Sequence record: DRR723986_7372
Length of the DNA: 43,865 bases
Strand: one strand, 5' to 3'
The translations under genes were made by a program, and so were the position numbers. Positions 36,453 through 43,865 of the stretch are shown in pieces. Under the pieces are notes generated by a model. That model saw only the letters and a program-made list of their open reading frames with translations. It ran no database searches and was not told where the DNA came from. Each line of letters starts with the position of its first letter. The first letter of the stretch is position 1.

Positions 36453-37085
36453 ATGTATTTGCCCAAGCAGTTTGAGGAAACCTCGATTCCGGTGTTGTTG
36501 AATTTGATCAAGGCTCACCCCTTGGCCACTGTCATTACGATTTCAACTTCGGGGCTGAACGCCAATCACATACCCATGGTAGTTGTGGAAAACATTGATG
36601 GAACAATGGTGTTACGTGGTCATGTGGCAAGGGCCAATCCAATCTTGGCTGATTTGGCGGTGTCATCACAAACTTTGCTGGTATTTCAAGGCGCAGAGCA
36701 TTACATCACTCCCTCCTGGTATGCCACCAAGCAGGAAACAGAAAAGGTGGTGCCCACCTGGAATTACGCGGTGGTGCATGTCAAAGGTCAAATGCGGGTT
36801 GTGGATGATGCAGCATGGCTACATCAGCAACTGGAAGATTTGACTGTGCAGCAGGAAGGCACGCGAGATCAGCCTTGGTCTGTCAACGATGCACCTGCCG
36901 AATTTCTGGATCAAATCAAGCAGGCGATTGTGGGTTTTGAAGTTCAAATCGAGAGCATGGTTGGTAAATGGAAAGTCAGCCAGAACCAGCCGCCCAAAAA
37001 CAGGGCGACCGTGGTCGAGGGGCTGGAACAGGAAGGCACCGAAAAAGCCCTTCTGATGCGTGATTTGGTGAAGAAAAACCTTTAG
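36453..37085 (+). CDS. PaiB-family FMN/heme-binding split-barrel protein
   Basis: MYLPKQF, HIP, GHVARANP, YITPSWY, VPTWNY, GKWKVSQN. Confidence 0.9.
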   Translation: MYLPKQFEETSIPVLLNLIKAHPLATVITISTSGLNANHIPMVVVENIDGTMVLRGHVARANPILADLAVSSQTLLVFQGAEHYITPSWYATKQETEKVVPTWNYAVVHVKGQMRVVDDAAWLHQQLEDLTVQQEGTRDQPWSVNDAPAEFLDQIKQAIVGFEVQIESMVGKWKVSQNQPPKNRATVVEGLEQEGTEKALLMRDLVKKNL

Positions 37086-37103
37086 ACGAGTTGGGTACAC
37101 GCA

Positions 37104-37391
37104 ATGCCTTCTTCCCGGCTAAAAAGCGGTCAGTGTGTGTGTTGTGGGCGCGTTACTGCGCTGACCTTTCATCACCTCATTCCTAAAAAATTACATCGAC
37201 GAGCTTTTTATCGGAAAAATTTTGACAAAGAAACCTTGAATCAAGGCGTCAATATTTGCAGGCTTTGCCACGATGGCATCCATGATTTGTATGATGAAAT
37301 GAAATTGGCCAAGCAATTTTCCAGCGCTGAGACACTGCTGGCCGATGAGGCCCTTCAAAGGCATTTTGCCTGGGTGGCCAAAAAGAAATAG
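37104..37391 (+). CDS. Small HNH-like Zn-binding protein
   Basis: CVCCGR..LTFHHLIP...NICRLCHDGIH. Confidence 0.7.
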   Translation: MPSSRLKSGQCVCCGRVTALTFHHLIPKKLHRRAFYRKNFDKETLNQGVNICRLCHDGIHDLYDEMKLAKQFSSAETLLADEALQRHFAWVAKKK

Positions 37392-37442
37392 CACTCAGCC
37401 CCTGCCAGTGTTAAGCCATTCCAGGTTCCCGGCGGGAATACT

Positions 37443-37451
37443 TGGTACAAT
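37443..37451 (+). promoter_or_regulatory. Putative extended -10 (TGGTACAAT) of argS
   Basis: TG-N-TACAAT 35 nt upstream of the argS ATG. Confidence 0.5.
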
Positions 37452-37486
37452 CAGGGGCTTAGCTCAAATCTGCCTGAACCGTCCCC

Positions 37487-39226
37487 ATGCTTGCCCAACA
37501 ACGAAATACGCTGATCGCCGCATTTGAAGCGGCCGCTGCTGCTGCCCTGAACCAGCCTTTTGAGGGGGTGGTTACGCTCGAAAAACCCAAAGACGCCAGC
37601 CATGGCGATGTGGCCTGTAACCTGGCCATGCAATTGGCCAAGCCCGCCAAGCGTAACCCCCGTGAGCTGGCCCAGCTGCTGGCCGAACATGTCAAAGCCA
37701 ATGCCGACTGCGCGAATTTGGTCGACACCATTGAAATTGCGGGCCCAGGCTTTATCAACATTCGTTTAAGCCAAACGGCCCGTGTTGCGGTCGTGGCCCA
37801 AGTGCTGGAGCAGGGCGCTGAGTTTGGAAAGTCTCAAGCCCATTCGGGCGAAACTGTCTTGATCGAGTTCGTGTCAGCCAACCCCACGGGGCCCTTGCAT
37901 GTGGGGCATGGTCGGCAAGCTGCGCTGGGCGATGCCATGGCTGCTGTCATGCAAACCCAGGGCTGGGCAGTTCACAAAGAGTTTTACTACAACGACGCTG
38001 GTGTGCAAATTCAAACTTTGGCCACCTCCGTGCAGGCCCGCGCCAAAGGGCTTAAGCCAGGTGATACTGCATGGCCTGAAAGTGCCTACAACGGCGATTA
38101 CATCGCCGACATCGCAGCCGACTTTCTGGCTGGCAAAGAAGTGAAGGCGGCCGATGGCGAACCCGTGAAAGGCAGTGGTAACGCGGATGATATTGAATCC
38201 ATCCGAGCCTTTGCGGTGGCATACCTGCGCGCTGAGCAAGATCTGGATTTGAAGGCTTTTGGCGTCAACTTCGATCAGTTTTACCTGGAAAGCTCCCTGT
38301 ACACCGAAGGCAAGGTCGAGGAGGCCGTTGCCCTCATGGTTGCGTCGGGTAAAACTTTTGAGGAAGGCGGGGCGTTGTGGCTGCGCTCAACCGATTACGG
38401 CGATGACAAAGACCGGGTCATGCGCAAATCTGAAGGTGGTTACACCTACTTCGTGCCCGATGTGGCCTATCACATCCAGAAATTCAAGCGCGGCTTTGGC
38501 AAGGTCATCAACATTCAGGGCACCGACCACCATGGCACCATAGCGCGTGTACGGGCAGGTTTGCAGGCCTGCAATGTGGGCATTCCGCAGGGTTACCCCG
38601 ATTACGTTCTGCACAAAATGGTCACGGTGATGAAAGGCGGACAGGAAGTCAAAATTTCCAAGCGTGCGGGCAGTTACGTGACTGTGCGCGACCTGATTTG
38701 CTGGTCAGGTGGCGTCGATGAAAGCCAGCCCATGCTGAGCCAGCCCGAAGCCTTGACCAAAGGCCGTGATGCCGTGCGCTTCTTCCTGGTCAGCCGCAAG
38801 GCAGACACCGAATTTGTGTTCGATGTGGATTTGGCCTTGGCCCAGTCCGATGAAAACCCGGTGTATTACGTTCAGTATGCCCATGCCCGGATTCACTCCA
38901 TTCTGGATCAGGCAGAAATCGACGTGGCAGGTTTGAACAATGCAGATTTGAGCCTGTTGGGCGCGCCTTCAGAGCTGGCTTTGCTCAGAACGTTGGTTTC
39001 TTACCCGGACATTTTGTCCAAGGCGGCTGAGGAGTTGGCGCCACACCACATCGCGTTTTACCTGCGTGAACTGGCCGGTGCTTTCCATACTTTTTACAAT
39101 GCCGAGCGCGTCCGTATTGACGATACAGCCCTTAAAACCGCCCGTGTGGCCTTGCTGGTGGCTGTGGCCACGGTATTGGCCAATGGCTTGGCGGTGTTGG
39201 GTGTTTCTGCGCCGAAGCGCATGTAA
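37487..39226 (+). CDS. argS: Arginine--tRNA ligase
   Basis: [25 protein letters not shown] (HIGH), [35 protein letters not shown]. Confidence 0.97.
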   Translation: MLAQQRNTLIAAFEAAAAAALNQPFEGVVTLEKPKDASHGDVACNLAMQLAKPAKRNPRELAQLLAEHVKANADCANLVDTIEIAGPGFINIRLSQTARVAVVAQVLEQGAEFGKSQAHSGETVLIEFVSANPTGPLHVGHGRQAALGDAMAAVMQTQGWAVHKEFYYNDAGVQIQTLATSVQARAKGLKPGDTAWPESAYNGDYIADIAADFLAGKEVKAADGEPVKGSGNADDIESIRAFAVAYLRAEQDLDLKAFGVNFDQFYLESSLYTEGKVEEAVALMVASGKTFEEGGALWLRSTDYGDDKDRVMRKSEGGYTYFVPDVAYHIQKFKRGFGKVINIQGTDHHGTIARVRAGLQACNVGIPQGYPDYVLHKMVTVMKGGQEVKISKRAGSYVTVRDLICWSGGVDESQPMLSQPEALTKGRDAVRFFLVSRKADTEFVFDVDLALAQSDENPVYYVQYAHARIHSILDQAEIDVAGLNNADLSLLGAPSELALLRTLVSYPDILSKAAEELAPHHIAFYLRELAGAFHTFYNAERVRIDDTALKTARVALLVAVATVLANGLAVLGVSAPKRM

Positions 39227-39246
39227 AAGTTTGGTGTGAAATAAGT

Positions 39247-39273
39247 CAAAACCCTTGCGGTATAAGGGTTTTG
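39247..39273. terminator. Stem-loop after argS (probable terminator)
   Basis: CAAAACCCTT-GCGGTAT-AAGGGTTTTG 10-bp inverted repeat 20 nt after the stop codon. Confidence 0.55.
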
Positions 39274-39356
39274 GGCAAGAATTGAGGAGGCGCCACTCTA
39301 GGCGCAAGTGCCGTGTTTTTGGTACCATGAAAGGCTAAGCAGTCTAAAGGTTTTGC

Positions 39357-42300
39357 ATGAACGCACCCGTCGAATTAAACACATTGAAACCCTCAGCCGG
39401 CGAAACCGCGCGCCTGAGGGAAATTCCATACAACTACACCTCGTTTTCGGACCGTGAAATCGTGATCCGCCTGCTGGGTGAGTCGGCTTGGAACATTCTT
39501 CAAGAGCTGCGCCAGGAGCGAAAAACCGGTCGGTCAGCCCGCATGTTGTTCGAAGTGTTGGGCGATATCTGGGTGGTTCGTCGCAATCCGTATTTGCAAG
39601 ACGACTTGCTGGACAACCCCAAGCGCCTGACTGCGCTGATCGAGGCCTTGTTTCATCGATTGAGTGAAATTGATGCCCGCCGGGTTGAGGTCAAAGAAGC
39701 TGCTGTGGAGACCGACTCTGAGGATCGCAGTGCCAAGGTTCGAGAATTGTTGACAGTGGCTGAAAAAGCCGTGTTCGAGTTTCAGCGTGAGCTGGAAGCC
39801 ATGGCAATTCTGCGAGGTCATGCCCGCAAAGCACTGGGTGAGCACACCGCGAAAGACAACATCAAATACGATGGTTTGTCCCGTGTTTCACATGTAACCG
39901 ATGCAACCGACTGGCGCGTTGAATACCCCTTCGTGGTGCTCACCCCCGATCGGGAATCTGAAATTCCCGGTTTGGTGAAAGCCTGTATCGATTTGGGGCT
40001 CACCATCATTCCACGTGGGGGCGGCACGGGTTACACCGGTGGTGCAGTGCCACTCACGGCCATGTCAGCCATCATCAACACCGAAAAGCTGGAAGAACTC
40101 GGCCAGGTGAAAATGGAAGTGCTGCCGGGCTTGAGCGAAGAGTACGCCACCGTGTTTTCTGGCGCAGGCGTGGTTACCAAGCGTGTGTCCGAGGCGGCAG
40201 AACATGCAGGCCGTGTGTTTGCAGTAGACCCTACGTCGGCTGAGGCCAGTTGTATTGGCGGCAATATCGCCATGAATGCGGGCGGTAAAAAAGCAGTGCT
40301 GTGGGGTACTGCGCTGGACAACCTGGCCTGGTGGAGAATGGTCGACCCGCAGGGTGACTGGCTTGAAGTGACCCGCGTGAACCACAATCTGGGCAAAATT
40401 CACGACGCACCCTATGCCGAGTTCGACCTGGTGTGGTCCGATGGTCGCCAGGCGCCGAATGCCAAAATTCTGAAAACTGAACGCCTGAAAGTCGAAGGCG
40501 CGCGTTTCCGCAAGGTGGGTTTGGGCAAGGATGTCACCGACAAATTTCTGGCAGGCCTGCCTGGTATCCAGAAAGAAGGTTGCGATGGGCTTATTACGTC
40601 GGCCAAATGGATTTTGCATCGCATGCCCAAGCACACCCGCACGGTGTGTCTGGAGTTTTACGGTCAAGCCCGCGATGCAGTGCCCTCAATTGTTGAAATC
40701 AAGAATTACCTCGATGGCGAGGGAAAAGCCATGGGCGCCATTTTGGCGGGCCTTGAGCATCTGGACGAGCGTTACTTGCGCGCAGTGAAGTACAGCCCGA
40801 AATCCAAGCGTGGTGCCTTCCCGAAAATGGTGTTGTTTGGCGACATCGTGGGAGATGATGAAAATGCAGTGGCCCAGGCTGCATCTGAAGTGGTTCGGCT
40901 TTCTAACGGTCGCGCCGGTGAAGGCTTTGTAGCAGTTAGCCCGGAAGCCCGCAAGAAGTTCTGGCTGGACCGTGCACGCACCGCTGCCATTGCGCGCCAC
41001 ACCAATGCCTTCAAAATCAATGAGGACGTGGTCATTCCCTTGCCGCGCATGGGTGAGTACACCGACGAAATTGAGCGCATCAACATTGAATTGTCAATTC
41101 GCAACAAGCTGAAGCTGGTGGCTGAGTTGCGCTCGTTCTTCGAAAAGCCGCTGACTTTGGGCAAAACCGATGAAGTCGATTCTACCAAGTTGTCCGTTGA
41201 AGACCTCGTGGGTGATCGTGTTGGTCGCGCTGTTGAATTGCTTGAATCGGTACACGAGCGCTGGAGCTGGTTGCTGGCCAATATGAACATGCCTTTGGCA
41301 CAAGCCAACCCGGTGATGAAAACGATTGGCCTGGGGCACTTGGATGCGGCGCTTGAAAAGCGCTTGGCTGAGCAGCCCGAAGCCACTGTATTTGATGTGC
41401 TGCAAGACCGCACCATTCGCGTTAGCTGGAAAACCGAGTTGCGCCACAACTTGAACCGCATTTTCGAAGGCGGTGTGTTTGTGCCTGTGATGGAAGAATG
41501 CAAAGCCATTCACAAGCAAGTGTTGCGTGGCCGCCTGTTCGTGGCACTGCACATGCATGCTGGCGATGGCAATGTACACACCAACATTCCGGTGAATTCC
41601 GACGACTATGAAATGCTGCATGAAGCGGAACACACTGTGGATCGAATCATGCAGATTGCCCGCAATCTCGATGGTGTTATTTCCGGCGAGCACGGCATTG
41701 GTATTACCAAATACCAATACCTGACCAAGGAAGAGTTGCAGCCTTTCCAGGACTACAAGCAGCGCATCGACCCGGAAGGTCGATTCAACAAGGGCAAATT
41801 GTTGCCAGGCGGCGATCTGACCAATGCTTACACGCCCAGCTTCAACCTGATGGGCCATGAAAGCCTGATCATGAGCCAAAGCGACATTGGCTCCATTGCC
41901 ACCTCAGTGAAAGATTGCCTGCGTTGCGGCAAGTGCAAGCCCGTGTGTTCTACGCATGTGCCGCGCGCCAACTTGCTGTACAGTCCACGCAATAAAATCC
42001 TCGCCACTTCCTTGTTGGTTGAGGCTTTCCTGTACGAAGAACAAACTCGCCGTGGTGTGTCCATCAAGCATTGGGAAGAATTTGAAGATGTGGCTGACCA
42101 CTGCACCGTGTGCCACAAGTGCTTGACCCCTTGCCCGGTCGACATTGACTTTGGCGATGTGTCCATGAACATGCGCGCCTTGTTGCGCAAGATGGACAAG
42201 AAAAGTTTTAACCCGGGCACAGCCTTGGCCATGACTTTCCTGAATGCGAAAGACCCGGCCACCATCAAGGCCATGCGTGTGGGCATGACCGGTATTGGTT

Positions 42301-43337
42301 ACAAGCTGCAACGCGGTGCCTACAAAGTGGCCAAATCGCTGGGCATGTTGAACAAGCAAACTGCCAAGCCGCCTGCCACCGTGGGCAAGGCCCCAATTCG
42401 TGAGCAGGTGATTCACTTCATCAACAAGCCCATGCCCGGTGGTTTGCCCAAGAAGACTGCGCGCGCGCTGCTTGATATTGAAAACAGCGATTACGTACCG
42501 GTTATTCGAAACCCGAAAACCACACAGGCTGACACCGAAGCGGTGTTCTACTTCCCTGGTTGCGGCTCGGAGCGCTTGTATAGCCAGGTGGGATTGGCTA
42601 CGCAAGCCATGTTGTGGAATGTGGGTGTGCAAACCGTGTTGCCACCCGGCTACCTGTGTTGCGGCTACCCGCAGCGCGGGGCAGGGCAGTACGACAAAGC
42701 CGAGAAAATGATTACCGACAACCGTGTGCTGTTCCACCGCGTGGCCAACACACTGAACTACCTCGACATCAAAACCGTGGTGGTCAGCTGTGGCACGTGC
42801 TACGACCAGTTGCAGGGTTATGAATTCGAGAAAATTTTCCCAGGCTGCCGCATCATCGACATTCATGAATTCCTGATGGAAAAAGGCGTGAAGCTGGACA
42901 ACGTGACGGGTACGCAATACATGTACCACGACCCTTGCCACACACCCATGAAGACCTATGACCCACTGAAGGTGGTGAACACCTTGATCAACAGCGAGTT
43001 GCAGGGGCAGAACATCACGAAAAATGACCGTTGCTGTGGTGAATCCGGTACCTTCGGCGTGTCGCGCCCCGATGTGGCCACGCAGGTTCGATTCCGCAAG
43101 GAAGAGGAAATGCGCAAGGGGGCTGACAAGTTGCGAGAAAAAGCGCCTCAGGCGGATGTCAAAATTCTGACCAGTTGCCCTTCTTGCCTGCAAGGCTTAA
43201 GCCGTTACAGCGACGATGCCAATGTGGATGCCGATTACATTGTGGTTGAAATTGCCAAGAATGTGCTGGGTCAAGACTGGTTGCAGAACTACGTGAAAGA
43301 AGCCAACGATGGCGGTATCGAGCGCATCCTTGTCTGA
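39357..43337 (+). CDS. Large FAD-linked oxidase with 4Fe-4S and CCG domains (DUF3683/DUF3400 type)
   Basis: [57 protein letters not shown] motifs. Confidence 0.9.
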   Translation: MNAPVELNTLKPSAGETARLREIPYNYTSFSDREIVIRLLGESAWNILQELRQERKTGRSARMLFEVLGDIWVVRRNPYLQDDLLDNPKRLTALIEALFHRLSEIDARRVEVKEAAVETDSEDRSAKVRELLTVAEKAVFEFQRELEAMAILRGHARKALGEHTAKDNIKYDGLSRVSHVTDATDWRVEYPFVVLTPDRESEIPGLVKACIDLGLTIIPRGGGTGYTGGAVPLTAMSAIINTEKLEELGQVKMEVLPGLSEEYATVFSGAGVVTKRVSEAAEHAGRVFAVDPTSAEASCIGGNIAMNAGGKKAVLWGTALDNLAWWRMVDPQGDWLEVTRVNHNLGKIHDAPYAEFDLVWSDGRQAPNAKILKTERLKVEGARFRKVGLGKDVTDKFLAGLPGIQKEGCDGLITSAKWILHRMPKHTRTVCLEFYGQARDAVPSIVEIKNYLDGEGKAMGAILAGLEHLDERYLRAVKYSPKSKRGAFPKMVLFGDIVGDDENAVAQAASEVVRLSNGRAGEGFVAVSPEARKKFWLDRARTAAIARHTNAFKINEDVVIPLPRMGEYTDEIERINIELSIRNKLKLVAELRSFFEKPLTLGKTDEVDSTKLSVEDLVGDRVGRAVELLESVHERWSWLLANMNMPLAQANPVMKTIGLGHLDAALEKRLAEQPEATVFDVLQDRTIRVSWKTELRHNLNRIFEGGVFVPVMEECKAIHKQVLRGRLFVALHMHAGDGNVHTNIPVNSDDYEMLHEAEHTVDRIMQIARNLDGVISGEHGIGITKYQYLTKEELQPFQDYKQRIDPEGRFNKGKLLPGGDLTNAYTPSFNLMGHESLIMSQSDIGSIATSVKDCLRCGKCKPVCSTHVPRANLLYSPRNKILATSLLVEAFLYEEQTRRGVSIKHWEEFEDVADHCTVCHKCLTPCPVDIDFGDVSMNMRALLRKMDKKSFNPGTALAMTFLNAKDPATIKAMRVGMTGIGYKLQRGAYKVAKSLGMLNKQTAKPPATVGKAPIREQVIHFINKPMPGGLPKKTARALLDIENSDYVPVIRNPKTTQADTEAVFYFPGCGSERLYSQVGLATQAMLWNVGVQTVLPPGYLCCGYPQRGAGQYDKAEKMITDNRVLFHRVANTLNYLDIKTVVVSCGTCYDQLQGYEFEKIFPGCRIIDIHEFLMEKGVKLDNVTGTQYMYHDPCHTPMKTYDPLKVVNTLINSELQGQNITKNDRCCGESGTFGVSRPDVATQVRFRKEEEMRKGADKLREKAPQADVKILTSCPSCLQGLSRYSDDANVDADYIVVEIAKNVLGQDWLQNYVKEANDGGIERILV

Positions 43338-43788
43338 TCAAGTGTCGCCGAATCCCAATTGCCCCCTGTGTGCCACACCGGGTGGTGATTGGGTTTTCAA
43401 TTGCAGCAAATTCCGTGTTATCGAGGCTGTCGATGCGGACTACCCCGGCTTTCTTCGTCTGGTGTGGAATGACCATGTGCGTGAGTTTTCTGATTTAAGC
43501 CGAGAAGACCGCATGCTATGCATGGACGCTGTAGTGTTGCTCGAGCAGTTCGTACTTCGTGTTTTCAAAGCCGACAAGGCAAATATTGCAACGCTTGGCA
43601 ATGTGGTGCCACATTTGCACTGGCACGTCATTCCTCGTTTCACTGACGACAAGCATTTTCCCGCACCCGTGTGGGCAATGGCCAAACCCGGTGTTTCCCT
43701 ATCGCCTCGCCAGCAGTGGGTGCTCGATTCGAAACCAAAATGGATGCTGGATTTGCGGGCTGAATTGCTGGCCGCTTTTCCGGGCTAA
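43330..43788 (+). CDS. HIT family protein
   Basis: [39 protein letters not shown]. Start uncertain (TTG 43330 assumed). Confidence 0.88.
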   Translation: MSDQVSPNPNCPLCATPGGDWVFNCSKFRVIEAVDADYPGFLRLVWNDHVREFSDLSREDRMLCMDAVVLLEQFVLRVFKADKANIATLGNVVPHLHWHVIPRFTDDKHFPAPVWAMAKPGVSLSPRQQWVLDSKPKWMLDLRAELLAAFPG

Positions 43789-43865
43789 GTTGCTGCTTTT
43801 CCTTTGCTTCGCTCGCTCAGGTGAATACCCTCTCGCGCCAGAAAACCTGTATTTCCCTTTTTGAT

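Noticed and set aside
37397-37459. AGCCCCTG...CAGGGGCT long-range inverted repeat upstream of argS as a T-box or leader RNA
   Set aside because: The region is too short, has no T-box consensus, and the repeat straddles the likely -10 element.
41904-43193. 429-aa minus-strand ORF and other long ORFs inside the FAD oxidase
   Set aside because: Antisense to a well-conserved gene; explained by codon bias.
43785-43865. 3' end of a convergent gene at the right edge
   Set aside because: More than one minus-strand frame is open over these ~80 nt, so it cannot be assigned.
1-43865. CRISPR arrays, IS elements/integrases, prophage, tRNA/rRNA, defence systems
   Set aside because: No spaced repeats, transposase/integrase motifs or structural RNA genes seen. 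The small HNH-like gene alone is not enough to call a defence system.

Overview
Chromosomal window from a betaproteobacterium, inferred from gene content to be Burkholderiales and possibly Limnobacter-like. I found no mobile elements, tRNA/rRNA genes or CRISPR arrays. From left to right it contains: a degenerate HD-GYP gene; a Tad/Flp pilus operon (flp-tadE-cpaB-cpaC-cpaE-cpaF-tadB-tadC-tadD-DUF3613) that ends in a sensor-less histidine kinase and has no prepilin peptidase or TadG; an EcsC-like gene; a fused indolepyruvate:ferredoxin oxidoreductase; PPK2; a secreted low-complexity protein; MscS; and rfaE2 with a diiron ferritin-like gene. Next is a ~12.6 kb divergent photo-oxidative stress island centred on a CarH/LitR-type B12-binding MerR repressor. 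Its left arm is gpx-folE2 plus a furan-fatty-acid-type ufaD/ufaO/ufaM cluster with CHI-fold, MFS, DUF3833, SDR and SnoaL genes. Its right arm is a 57-aa DUF2256 gene missing from the ORF track, an FeS-type (6-4) photolyase and a glutathionyl-hydroquinone reductase. The window ends with cca, a guanidine-II riboswitch heading gdx(sugE)-LOG-GNAT-TauE-OB-PaiB-HNH, argS, a large FAD/Fe-S oxidase and a HIT gene. All calls come from motif recognition by eye; no searches were run.
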